In this document: positions 18,465-27,593 of the stretch, piece after piece
Layout of the letters: every line of letters begins with the position of its first letter
Numbering within the stretch: position 1 is the first letter of the stretch
NCBI GenBank assembly: GCA_964449585.1
Contig: CAYUZE010000005.1
Span: 46,596-110,595 of the forward strand
Reading direction: 5' to 3'
Length of the DNA stretch: 64,000 bases
Source of the DNA: an uncultured Gammaproteobacteria bacterium
GTDB taxonomy: Bacteria; Patescibacteriota; Microgenomatia; UBA10105; UBA927
The notes under the pieces: generated by a model
Seen by the model: the letters and a program-made list of their open reading frames with translations, nothing else
Told to the model about the DNA's origin: nothing
The model's database searches: none
Made by a program: the position numbers and the translations under genes

Positions 18465-18764
18465 CTATTTCAAGCCCATCAACATTTCCTTGAGGGACTT
18501 CGGTGCGACAGCAGAGGATTGCTGTTGCTTCTTTTTCTTCTTTGATACATACGTACTGGCGGCAGCCTTTTGCTGCTTGTTTTGGAAGCGTTCCACGCGA
18601 CCCATGGTATCGACAAAGCGCATCTCGCCGGTAAAGAACGGGTGGCATTTACCGCAAATTTCGACCTGTATTTTGTCCTTGGTTGCTCCCACGGTAAAGG
18701 TATTGCCGCAGGCACAGGAAACGACGGCTGACGGATACCATTTCGGATGAATGTCGGATTTCAT
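18465..18764 (-). CDS. rpmE: 50S ribosomal protein L31 (Zn-binding form, C-terminal extension)
   Basis: [27 protein letters not shown]. Confidence 0.96.
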   Translation of the reverse strand: MKSDIHPKWYPSAVVSCACGNTFTVGATKDKIQVEICGKCHPFFTGEMRFVDTMGRVERFQNKQQKAAASTYVSKKKKKQQQSSAVAPKSLKEMLMGLK

Positions 18765-18812
18765 AGAAGACTATTATAGCAAAGAATTTGTATTCCGTAC
18801 AGAGTGGGGTAT

Positions 18813-19238
18813 TTAGGGGTTATTAGGGTCAAATTCGTCATACTTTGCCAGTTTGGCTTGGAGCCGCAGGGATTCCAGTCTCGAGATGGGCTTTCTGCGG
18901 CCGTAAATGGGGTTATTGACGTTGGGATTATCGTCCTTATCCCGCCATTCCATGTAGTAATCCATGACATGTTTGCCCTTAACCTGTTGCAGGGCCACAA
19001 TCGGCACCAGTCGGTACTCCGACGTTATATCAATGCCTCCCGATCTTTCGATAGCCTGCTTCCTCCGTAGGGTTATCTCCATCTCCATGAAATCTCGCGT
19101 AAGTTCGGGAAAAAGCCGATCCGCTTCCGCAAGCTTACGGAGGTTATACACGCCTAAAATACTTGCGGCGATATCTGGGCGTTCCGACCGGGGTGAGGTA
19201 AAGCGTTTTCGCAGTCCGTCAATAAATCCTTCTCCCAT
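18813..19238 (-). CDS. Hypothetical protein (141 aa)
   Basis: ORF with TACAAT shortly upstream of ATG. Confidence 0.55.
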   Translation of the reverse strand: MGEGFIDGLRKRFTSPRSERPDIAASILGVYNLRKLAEADRLFPELTRDFMEMEITLRRKQAIERSGGIDITSEYRLVPIVALQQVKGKHVMDYYMEWRDKDDNPNVNNPIYGRRKPISRLESLRLQAKLAKYDEFDPNNP

Positions 19239-19263
19239 AGCAAAGGTATTGTAGTATACCTCG

Positions 19264-20184
19264 TTATCTTTTGCGAAATCTTATTCCTTTCGATTCTGCC
19301 ACCACGACTCCGATGGCGATGATGACGCCTCCTAACACATAGGAAGGGGTAATCGCTTCCTTAAGCCATACGACGGCAAGGATGGCCGCCCACAGCGGCT
19401 GGAGATAGACGTACAGTGCCGATTCCGATACCTCGATGGTTTTGACCGCGATGTTGCGTATGGTATAGGCGATGGTCCCCGAAAATAGCGCCATATACAG
19501 CACTCCGAGATGCGCTTCAAGCGGTGCGTTCAAAAGTGTGGCAACGACGGTATCGGGTGCCTGTCGAAGGAACAGGATGGGCAAAAAAAGCGCAAACCCT
19601 ACGATAAACTGGGTTTGCGCCACAAGGGTGGCGGCAATACCTTTTTTCATCGCTTCCTTGCTCAATAACGCACCGATGATATCCACGATCACCGCAAGCA
19701 GCATCAAGCCGTTGCCTTCCAGCTTTCCCAGGGTGTCGCTGTGACCGTTAAGAATAAGGGGCCCGATTACCGTGAGAAGTGTTCCCGTTATCGCAACGGC
19801 TATACCGAGTTTCTCATTGAAGCGTATCTTGTCGCGGAAAAAGAGCACGCCGCCCAAGACAAGAAACAAAGGCCCCGCAGCGGTAATAAGACTGCCGGAA
19901 AGGGCCGTCGTTTTATCGAGTGCCTCAAAAAATAAAAAGAGCGACAGGGGAGCGGATACAAACCCCGTAAGGAGGGTAAGTCCCATAAGTGCGGGCTTTT
20001 TGGGAAACGGAACACCCGAAAGCGAAAGAGAGGGAAACGCGATAAGCGTACTCAGGAAAAACCGATAGGTAAGAAACAGCCAGGGGTCAAACCATGTCAG
20101 GGTATGCTTGACGACCGGGCTTGCCGCTCCCCACATCAGTGAAACCAAAAGAAGATAGAACGCGGCGGTAGTCCGTTTATTCAT
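19264..20184 (-). CDS. DMT/EamA family transporter
   Basis: 10 TM, two EamA repeats (MWG..RF, QP..A..L.E). Confidence 0.9.
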   Translation of the reverse strand: MNKRTTAAFYLLLVSLMWGAASPVVKHTLTWFDPWLFLTYRFFLSTLIAFPSLSLSGVPFPKKPALMGLTLLTGFVSAPLSLFLFFEALDKTTALSGSLITAAGPLFLVLGGVLFFRDKIRFNEKLGIAVAITGTLLTVIGPLILNGHSDTLGKLEGNGLMLLAVIVDIIGALLSKEAMKKGIAATLVAQTQFIVGFALFLPILFLRQAPDTVVATLLNAPLEAHLGVLYMALFSGTIAYTIRNIAVKTIEVSESALYVYLQPLWAAILAVVWLKEAITPSYVLGGVIIAIGVVVAESKGIRFRKR

Positions 20185-20206
20185 GGGCAGTATATATATA
20201 ACAAGA

Positions 20207-21418
20207 TCAGTCGGTACCAAACAACGAAGGGAGTTCGGTAAGCGACACTGCTTTTTGTTCTTTGGTTTTCATATTCTTGAGCGTGACGGTATTTTTTGCC
20301 TGTTCTTCGCTTCCGGCAATGACGACAAACGGGATAGCGTTTCTATCGGCGTATTTAAGCTGTTTTTCCAATTTGTCCGCGGCAGGATATAAATCGGCGG
20401 CCACTTGCTTATCGCGGAGTGTTTTTGCAATCTGCAGAGAATACGGTCGCTCTTTTTCGGAAAATACGGTGACCAGTACCTGTCCCGCGGTGGTAAGACC
20501 GGGAACTATTCCCATGATTTCAGCCGCTTCCAGGGTGCGATCAAATCCTACGGCAAACCCTGTGCCGCCGATATCGCGCCCCGCAAATTTTGCGAGCAAC
20601 CCGTCGTACCGTTCGCCGCCCAACACCGACATGTTATACCCCGCATCGGGAACTTCCACTTCCCATATAGGCCCCATGGAGTACGAAAATGAACGGGCAA
20701 TCGTCGGATCAAAAGCAAACCAATCGTCGGAAAACCCGTAATCTTTGAGATAGGTGAGGATGAACGAAAGTTCCTCATTCGGTTTCAGATTTTTGACATA
20801 GGAAAGGTATTCTTTTGCCGTATCAAGTGCGATACCTTTCTTTTCCATATCGGACAGCACGCCGTCATCGCCGATTTTTTTGATTTTATCGATGGCAACG
20901 ATGGCCTCATACGGCATATCCTTAAACAGCGCGCGTGAATTGATGCGAACGAGCGCGTTTTTAAAACCAAGCTGCCGATAGATATCCAAAGAAAGCGCGA
21001 TTACTTCCGCATCCGCATCGGGTGTTTTGATACCGAAGATATCCGCATCCGCCTGGGTAAATTCGCGATACCTGCCTTTTTGCGGTTTTTCCGCCCGGAA
21101 GGCGGGCTGTATCTGATATCGCTTGAAGGGAAACGCGAGCGTGTTTTGATACTGTGCGATTACCCTGCAGGTGGGGACGGTTTGATCATAGCGGAGCGCC
21201 ACGTCGCGATCACCCTGATCCTTGAACTTAAAAAACAGTTTTTCGTCTTCGCCGATGGCGCCCGCAAATATCTCAAGCGGTTCCAATGTTGGCGTTTCGA
21301 GCGGGGCAAATCCCCAGGAAGTAAAAATTCCGGAAAGCTTATCCCGCAACCATTTGCGTTTCGCCGCCTCAGCGGGAAGAAAATCACGAAATCCTTTAAG
21401 GGGTAAAATTGTGTTCAT
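20207..21418 (-). CDS. hisS: Histidine--tRNA ligase
   Basis: KGFRD, LRYDQT, FRAEKPQKGRYREFTQ, GGERYD, anticodon-binding domain. Confidence 0.96.
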   Translation of the reverse strand: MNTILPLKGFRDFLPAEAAKRKWLRDKLSGIFTSWGFAPLETPTLEPLEIFAGAIGEDEKLFFKFKDQGDRDVALRYDQTVPTCRVIAQYQNTLAFPFKRYQIQPAFRAEKPQKGRYREFTQADADIFGIKTPDADAEVIALSLDIYRQLGFKNALVRINSRALFKDMPYEAIVAIDKIKKIGDDGVLSDMEKKGIALDTAKEYLSYVKNLKPNEELSFILTYLKDYGFSDDWFAFDPTIARSFSYSMGPIWEVEVPDAGYNMSVLGGERYDGLLAKFAGRDIGGTGFAVGFDRTLEAAEIMGIVPGLTTAGQVLVTVFSEKERPYSLQIAKTLRDKQVAADLYPAADKLEKQLKYADRNAIPFVVIAGSEEQAKNTVTLKNMKTKEQKAVSLTELPSLFGTD

Positions 21419-22452
21419 ATAACCTCCTTTGATGGTAACAAGTTATTTTTGCTTACACAAGCGAGTGCGGCATCGAGTCGCTTAAGAAACTCACCGTTCG
21501 TGCGCTTGTCTTTAATCGAAATTCTAAACCCTTTTGTGGTGTTTCCCGGGAAAAATTTGCCGTCGATTACACTTACGCCGCGCGTTGCTAACGCCCGAAT
21601 TACCGCGGCATTATCGGATCGGGAAACAAACAGGTTATTCGTCACCGAGGCGGAAACGCGAAAACCGCGTTGTATGAGTGCCTGTGTCATTTTTCGTCGT
21701 TCGGATGCGATAAACCGCTTTGTTTTTTCGATAAATGCCTTGTCGGAAAGCGCCGCTTGGGCGGCTTTGATTGCCTGCATGCTTACCGGAAAAGGTTGAA
21801 TAATCTCCTTCATCCTCCGGATAACCCGATCGTTACCGAACGCGGCTCCTATGCGAAGTCCGGCAAGCCCGTAGACCTTGGAAAACGTCCGTAACACGAC
21901 AAGATTCTTCCTTGCACGGAGCGTATCGATCATCGTGGTGTCACAAAACTCGGCGTTTGCTTCATCGATCACGACGACACGGGGATTTATGGCATCAATG
22001 ACGGCATTGAGTTGGACGGTGGACCGTTCTATCCCTCCCGGAGTCGTGGGATTTGCCATAAAAAGCAGGGCGGGTCGGCTTCGTCGTTTGGTAACCGATG
22101 AAGCATCAAAAAACCGTACGGTTGCACCGCAAAGTTGCGGCTCTTTAGAAAACAGGAAAAACGATCCCGCTTCAACAAATACGGTATCACCCGGCGTAAG
22201 AAATGCCTGGCTGACGAGCTTAATGAGCATTTCCGATCCGTTGCCCAGGATGCAGTTTTCTTTTGTTATCCCGTACGTAGCTGCCAACAGCGTGATGAAA
22301 GAATCGGTATCGGGATACCTGCTCACCTCCGTCATTGGTACGGCGGTAAGCGCTTCTAACACACGGGGAGAACACCCGAGCGGATTCACGCTTAAGGTCA
22401 TATCGATTGTCCGTTTCCGGACGCTTGTCGCATATGCTTTCGGTAGTTTCAT
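21415..22452 (-). CDS. hisC: Histidinol-phosphate/aromatic aminotransferase (class I/II PLP)
   Basis: NPLG, GNGS, ANP..P.G, IDEA, RTFSKVYGLAGLRIG. Confidence 0.8.
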   Translation of the reverse strand: MKLPKAYATSVRKRTIDMTLSVNPLGCSPRVLEALTAVPMTEVSRYPDTDSFITLLAATYGITKENCILGNGSEMLIKLVSQAFLTPGDTVFVEAGSFFLFSKEPQLCGATVRFFDASSVTKRRSRPALLFMANPTTPGGIERSTVQLNAVIDAINPRVVVIDEANAEFCDTTMIDTLRARKNLVVLRTFSKVYGLAGLRIGAAFGNDRVIRRMKEIIQPFPVSMQAIKAAQAALSDKAFIEKTKRFIASERRKMTQALIQRGFRVSASVTNNLFVSRSDNAAVIRALATRGVSVIDGKFFPGNTTKGFRISIKDKRTNGEFLKRLDAALACVSKNNLLPSKEVI

Positions 22453-22478
22453 AGTGCTCCTTTCATACTTTTTCCCAT

Positions 22479-22504
22479 AAAAAAACCCGCCTTATTGCGG
22501 GTTT
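22479..22504 (-). terminator. Attenuator terminator in hisC-hisS leader
   Basis: Minus strand AAACCCGC-aataag-GCGGGTTT followed by U-tract. Confidence 0.85.
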
Positions 22505-22525
22505 CACGGTGCATAGAGGTTGTCT

Positions 22526-22594
22526 TTATCGCACGAGATACCCGCCCAAGCAAGGATGGGTATGGTACCAACCGGCGGTGCGAGTTATCATCAT
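22526..22594 (-). CDS. Leader peptide MMITRTAGWYHTHPCLGGYLVR (attenuator)
   Basis: 22 codons starting 9 nt after the -10 box; CAT-ACC-CAT His codons overlap the 5' arm of the protector hairpin. Confidence 0.75.
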   Translation of the reverse strand: MMITRTAGWYHTHPCLGGYLVR

Positions 22595-22603
22595 ACGTCC
22601 TGT

Positions 22604-22632
22604 AGTATATGGAAAGTGAAAGCGGGTGTCAA
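22604..22632 (-). promoter_or_regulatory. Sigma70 promoter of his leader
   Basis: TTGACA-17 bp-TATACT on minus strand. Confidence 0.9.
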
Positions 22633-23730
22633 CTAGACGATCAGCGGTTTTTTGTGACTTCGTGACAGTACGGTTATCCCGTCGGCAGTAATTTCGACTA
22701 GATCCTCAATACGAATGCCAAACGATCCTGCAATATATACTCCCGGTTCAACGGTAACAATCATACCGGTACGAAGGATTGCTTCCCGGGCGACGGTGAG
22801 CCGGGGGGCTTCATGGACGTCAAGGCCGACGCCGTGTCCCAGGCTATGCGGATACACGGGAAAGTTAGCTTCCGCAATCACTTCCCGAGCCGCGGCATCC
22901 AGGGTCGCGCCGTTTCGTTCACCGTCCGAGAGAAGTGAGAGTGCTTTTTTATTGGCATCGGATACGGCAGTATAGGCTGCAAGCCACTCGGGTTTGGGGT
23001 TCCCCACAAAAAGCATGCGGGTCATGTCGGCGGCGTAGCCTTCCACTTTTGCGCCGAAATCTAAGAGTACGATGTCGTTTTGGGCAAGAGCGGCATGGGA
23101 TATATGACTTACGCCGTAGTGGGGAAGCGCGGTGTTTTTTCCGAACGCCACGATAGGAGCAAACGCATTTTCCGCGCCGTGATGACGAAAAAATGATTCT
23201 ATATGCGTCACGATCTCTGCCTCGGTCGCTCCCGGTCGTAGTGAGGGTACCATTTCCGACAGACACCGGTCGGTGAGTTCTGCGGCGGCACGGATTCGGA
23301 CGATCTCTTCGTGTTTTTTTACTACCCTAAGGTTCTCTATGCGGTCGCCGGTGGGAACAAACTCGATGCGGGGGATTTTTTCGCGAAACCGCGCCAGTTC
23401 ATAGACGGTACAATTTTTTTCTTCAAATCCCAGCCGTTTCACTGCAGTTGCGGAAACAAGATGCTCCAATGCGCGGGTGATCGTCAGATCCTTCCCCAAG
23501 AGGACGAGTCGAACGGGAGTGCCGGTTGCCGCCGCGGGATTAGTGTGGACAAGATTTTCCGCGGTTTCCCGGTACAGTCCGTAGGTGAAAAGATGCACCG
23601 CATCGTTGGTAACCAAAACGTATGATTCCCTCTCCGTCGGCGCCACACCTGCAAATCCCGTAAGATATCTGATATTTGTAGGGTTGGTGACAAGTAATGC
23701 GTCAAGACCGTGAAGCAGTTGCGCGTTCAT
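22633..23730 (-). CDS. Xaa-Pro peptidase (M24B)
   Basis: NIRYLTGF, DFGA, DMTR, HSLGHGVGLDVHE, TVEPG, RIED. Confidence 0.94.
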   Translation of the reverse strand: MNAQLLHGLDALLVTNPTNIRYLTGFAGVAPTERESYVLVTNDAVHLFTYGLYRETAENLVHTNPAAATGTPVRLVLLGKDLTITRALEHLVSATAVKRLGFEEKNCTVYELARFREKIPRIEFVPTGDRIENLRVVKKHEEIVRIRAAAELTDRCLSEMVPSLRPGATEAEIVTHIESFFRHHGAENAFAPIVAFGKNTALPHYGVSHISHAALAQNDIVLLDFGAKVEGYAADMTRMLFVGNPKPEWLAAYTAVSDANKKALSLLSDGERNGATLDAAAREVIAEANFPVYPHSLGHGVGLDVHEAPRLTVAREAILRTGMIVTVEPGVYIAGSFGIRIEDLVEITADGITVLSRSHKKPLIV

Positions 23731-23758
23731 GGGGATATTATACGTCACCCGAGGGGTA

Positions 23759-24565
23759 TTACGGGGTAGGCGTTTGTGTAACCTTCGGTGTCACTTTGGG
23801 CGTCGCCGAGCTTGATGCAACGGGAGTTGCTACCGCGGTAGGGGTAGATGCGGCGCCGGTGACGTTGCCGAGGTCGAGGATGCGAACGGCACTATACGTG
23901 TTCTCTTTTTTTGCGACGGGGGTCGCGGTGATATGGACGGTATCACCCACGGCTATTTTGGAAAACCCTCCCTTGGCGATACCGCCCGCTTTGGTCCACA
24001 TGGTGGTTTTGGTTGTCCGTTCGATATCGACGGTAAGTATGCGTCCTTCACCCGTGTTTATCGTCAGGACAAAATCCTCATCATCAACATCGACGACGAT
24101 GCCCGACACGCGGGTGACGGTACTGCCGCTTTCAATAAATATATACCGTGCTTTCAGTAAGTCCAGCGTTTCGTCATACGTGCCGAATACGGTTACCACG
24201 TCTTTGGGTTCGATTTTATCGACGGCAAGTGAGGTTCGTTTCCCGGCAATCATTTGGGTCACCGTCACGTCGTCGGTAAGTTCGATTTTTATATCCTTGG
24301 TCTTTGTCTCGATGCTTGCCGATGTTACCGATACGGATTTTACGGTACCGCTCATCGCCCGTTTCACCACCGTACGAAGTTCCGCCACTTTTGTTGCGAG
24401 TCGCGCCTTCAATTCTTCCATTTGGGCACTGCCTGATGCCGGCGTCGCGGCAGTCGGTCTTGTTGTGGCGGCAGGAGAACCTTCCTGTGCCGTGACCGGT
24501 GCGAAGGGGGACACAAGAAATAAAATAACCAATACGATACCACTTATTGTCTTATAGAGTGACAT
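23759..24565 (-). CDS. Secreted protein with two OB-fold-like (DUF5666-like) repeats and Pro/Thr-rich tail
   Basis: Signal peptide; two repeats of G.V..V...(I)..GD.V pattern. Confidence 0.65.
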   Translation of the reverse strand: MSLYKTISGIVLVILFLVSPFAPVTAQEGSPAATTRPTAATPASGSAQMEELKARLATKVAELRTVVKRAMSGTVKSVSVTSASIETKTKDIKIELTDDVTVTQMIAGKRTSLAVDKIEPKDVVTVFGTYDETLDLLKARYIFIESGSTVTRVSGIVVDVDDEDFVLTINTGEGRILTVDIERTTKTTMWTKAGGIAKGGFSKIAVGDTVHITATPVAKKENTYSAVRILDLGNVTGAASTPTAVATPVASSSATPKVTPKVTQTPTP

Positions 24566-24570
24566 AGGTG

Positions 24571-25023
24571 TTAAAAATCCTCCGGTGTGTAATACACGGT
24601 AACCGTCTGCATTTGTACCTTTTCTCCGGTATAGCTTGTCACGATAATATCATTCTTACCTTCGGTAAGCGCAATTTTTCCGGCATAGGAGCCCTGCGCA
24701 TTGGCAACCGCTACCGTTTCGGTGCCGTCGGTTTCAATGACCACAATAGATTCAGGTTGCACGGAACCGGAAACAAGCGTTTCATTTTTCGGCTCAATCG
24801 CCTCTGGCAGCGGACTTTGAATTGTGAGGCCCTCACCCGGTTTAGGAGTGGGGGTGGGTTTCGGTTTGTCCTTTTGGGTGAACAATGAGGATATTCCTGA
24901 CAGGTTAGGGAGTCTGATGGACGGAAAATTTTTGATAAGCGACGGACCCAAGAATACCGCGGCAGCGATAATGAGACCTACGCCGAATCCTATGACTGTT
25001 GCGAGTAGTGCGTCTTTATTCAT
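24571..25023 (-). CDS. Membrane-anchored Ig-like domain protein
   Basis: N-terminal TM, PTPTP linker, L.EGKN.I.V beta-rich domain. Confidence 0.65.
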   Translation of the reverse strand: MNKDALLATVIGFGVGLIIAAAVFLGPSLIKNFPSIRLPNLSGISSLFTQKDKPKPTPTPKPGEGLTIQSPLPEAIEPKNETLVSGSVQPESIVVIETDGTETVAVANAQGSYAGKIALTEGKNDIIVTSYTGEKVQMQTVTVYYTPEDF

Positions 25024-25164
25024 ACCGATGTTTCATCACGGAAACAGCGAAATAACCGATGGTTTTCAACATGAAATAACTACACGAGGCAGGAAAATCC
25101 CTAAGCTTATAGCAAAGGGATATGTTGCTTAGGATACTGAAATCTGATATAAAATGCAACTACT

Positions 25165-25791
25165 ATGGAAATACTTCCTCTCGGTCATTCATCGTTCCGT
25201 CTTCGAGGTAAAAATGCAACTGTCGTCACCGATCCGTTTGACGGTAAAGATATGGCTGTTAAGTTTCCCAAACATATTGAGGCAGACATCCTTACCGTTT
25301 CCCATGATCATGCCGATCACAATGCGGTAAGCCTTGTCGGCGGTAGTCCTTTTGTCATCCGCGGACCGGGAGAGTATGAGATAAAGGGCGTGGCGGTGAT
25401 CGGTATTTCCACCTTTCATGATGCGAGCGAAGGGAGCGAACGGGGCAGAAACACCGCGTATCGGATAGAAATCGACGGGGTGAAGATTGCCCATCTGGGA
25501 GACGTCGGTCATGTATTAACTTCCGCACAGCTCGAGTTGCTCGACGGTATCGATATCCTTATGGTTCCGGTAGGGGGTATTTATACCATTGATGCGGAGA
25601 AAGCCTCGCAGGTTATTGCCGATATCGAACCGCGCATCGTTATTCCGATGCATGACAGTCGATCCAACCCGGCACTTGCCCCCGTTGCGGCATTCTTAAA
25701 GCAAATGAACAAAGAAGTGACCCCCGTGCCGAAGTTGACCGTCAGTCGCGACAAACTCCCGCAAGAGATGCAGATTGTCGTACTGGAATAA
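25165..25791 (+). CDS. MBL-fold metallo-hydrolase
   Basis: GHSSF, SHDHADH, HLGD, PVGG, IPMH. Confidence 0.92.
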   Translation: MEILPLGHSSFRLRGKNATVVTDPFDGKDMAVKFPKHIEADILTVSHDHADHNAVSLVGGSPFVIRGPGEYEIKGVAVIGISTFHDASEGSERGRNTAYRIEIDGVKIAHLGDVGHVLTSAQLELLDGIDILMVPVGGIYTIDAEKASQVIADIEPRIVIPMHDSRSNPALAPVAAFLKQMNKEVTPVPKLTVSRDKLPQEMQIVVLE

Positions 25792-25792
25792 C

Positions 25793-27145
25793 ATGGCAAA
25801 CCCCAAAGTTCCTCCGCATGACGAAGTCGCCGAACAATCGGTATTAGGCGCTATTCTTATCGATAAAGACGCGATGGTGGACGTGGCGGAGTTTTTGCGT
25901 CCCGGACATTTTTACCGGGATGCCAACGCCATGGTCTATGAAGCCATGATGGAGTTATATGAGCTGCATGATCCCATCGATGTGGTAACCGTGAGCGCAC
26001 AGCTGAAGAAAAACGGCAATATAAAAACCGTCCCTGCCTCCTACGTTTCCGACCTGGTCAATGTGGTGCCCACGAGTGCACACGCGGAGCAATACGCGCG
26101 CATTATTTCAGAAAATGCCACAAAACGCCGCCTTGTTGATGCGGCGGCGAAGATAACGGAGATGGCGTTTCGGGAAGAGGGTGCGGCAAATAAGATTGTC
26201 GATGAAGCGGAGTCGGAAATTTTTGCCATTTCCCAATCAGCGATCCGACGGGATTTCATGCCGATTAAAGATGCGCTGGCCGCATCGTTTGATCGTTTGG
26301 ATGAACTGCATAAACGGGCGGGGGGGTTGCGCGGTGTTCCCACGGGTTTTGTGGAGTTGGACAATAAACTTGCCGGTATGCAGGACGCCAACCTTATCAT
26401 CTTGGCTGCCCGTCCGGGAACGGGGAAGACCGCCATGATCCTTAATATGGCGCAACATGTGACGGTCAAGGAAAAAATTCCCACCGGTATTTTCTCGCTC
26501 GAAATGAGTAAGGAGGAATTGGTGGATCGTTTGCTGGTATCACAGGCGGATATCGAAGCGTGGAAGCTAAAAACAGGCAAACTCACGGACGACGATTTCA
26601 CCAAACTTTCCGATGCGATGGGGGAGCTTGCGGAAGCGCCGCTATTTATCGACGACACCCCGGGAATGAATATTATCGAGATGCGCACCAAAGCACGGCG
26701 TCTCCAAGTGGAACACGGGGTAAAGCTGATCATGGTGGACTATTTACAGCTCTGCGATCCCGGGAGAAAGTTTGATAACCGCGTGCAGGAAGTTTCCATC
26801 ATCTCGCAAAGCCTTAAAAATCTTGCCCGCGAGCTCAGGATTCCCGTTCTTGCGTGTTCCCAGTTATCCCGGGCGGTGGAAACCAGGGGAACGAGAGTGC
26901 CGGAATTATCCGACCTTCGTGAATCCGGTTCCATCGAACAGGACGCCGACGTGGTTATGTTCTTGTACCGCGAAGATGCCGATCAGGCGATGTGGGGAGA
27001 CCAGATTCAGACAAAGCTTCGTATCGCCAAACACCGAAACGGTGCGTTGGGAGAGATCGATCTGATCTTCAGGGGAGACAGAATCCGGTTCTATTCGGTT
27101 GATCGCAAACACACGGAGGCCGCTCCTCCTCCCGCGGCACACTAA
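25793..27145 (+). CDS. dnaB: Replicative DNA helicase
   Basis: AEQSVLG, AARPGTGKT, FSLEM, VDYLQL, SQLSR, DLRESGSIEQDAD; no intein. Confidence 0.97.
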   Translation: MANPKVPPHDEVAEQSVLGAILIDKDAMVDVAEFLRPGHFYRDANAMVYEAMMELYELHDPIDVVTVSAQLKKNGNIKTVPASYVSDLVNVVPTSAHAEQYARIISENATKRRLVDAAAKITEMAFREEGAANKIVDEAESEIFAISQSAIRRDFMPIKDALAASFDRLDELHKRAGGLRGVPTGFVELDNKLAGMQDANLIILAARPGTGKTAMILNMAQHVTVKEKIPTGIFSLEMSKEELVDRLLVSQADIEAWKLKTGKLTDDDFTKLSDAMGELAEAPLFIDDTPGMNIIEMRTKARRLQVEHGVKLIMVDYLQLCDPGRKFDNRVQEVSIISQSLKNLARELRIPVLACSQLSRAVETRGTRVPELSDLRESGSIEQDADVVMFLYREDADQAMWGDQIQTKLRIAKHRNGALGEIDLIFRGDRIRFYSVDRKHTEAAPPPAAH

Positions 27146-27148
27146 TCT

Positions 27149-27439
27149 ATGAAAGAAGTCGAAAGTGAAGGACTTCGTATTAAAGATCTTCGCAGACAGC
27201 CGAACGCTTCATCATTGGAAACCTGGGAAATTTTATCGGTTCCTACCGGTCGAGGGAAGCGTCCGTTCCGGACACTCGTTTTGTTGGGAGATGTGGATGC
27301 CGCCGTACAACATGCAAAGTTTGTGTCGGAAACCAAACGCTCTATGGATCTTACCCGAGCAAGACTCCTCACCGTATCGTATGACGAGGCAAAAAAGTGG
27401 GGTCTGGTTGCGGGAGTTTCAGTGATAGAATCTTCCTAG
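27149..27439 (+). CDS. Hypothetical protein (96 aa)
   Basis: ORF starts 3 nt after the dnaB stop. Confidence 0.5.
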   Translation: MKEVESEGLRIKDLRRQPNASSLETWEILSVPTGRGKRPFRTLVLLGDVDAAVQHAKFVSETKRSMDLTRARLLTVSYDEAKKWGLVAGVSVIESS

Positions 27440-27464
27440 GTACCCTTGGTATAATAGACTTCTT

Positions 27465-27549
27465 GCCGAGGTGGCGGAATGGCAGACGCTCAGGTCTCAA
27501 AAACCTGTGAGCATAATAGCTCGTGGAGGTTCGACTCCTCTCCTCGGCA
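27465..27549 (+). tRNA. tRNA-Leu(CAA)
   Basis: Acceptor GCCGAGG/CCTCGGC, anticodon arm CAGGT-ctCAAaa-ACCTG, long variable arm, GGTTCGACTCC T-arm; TGgTATAAT upstream; 3' end reads ACCC so CCA is not fully encoded. Confidence 0.95.
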
Positions 27550-27593
27550 CCCGTTAGATAAAATCTCCGTCAATTGAAGAAGGGAGCGTAGCT

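Noticed and set aside
22453-22600. T-box riboswitch before hisS
   Set aside because: Leader is too short for stem I and has no T-box bulge consensus placed before the terminator; the leader-peptide model explains the pairings.
27465-27549. tRNA-Leu as an integration site
   Set aside because: No duplicated 3' end noticed in the window, and the flanking genes are host-like.
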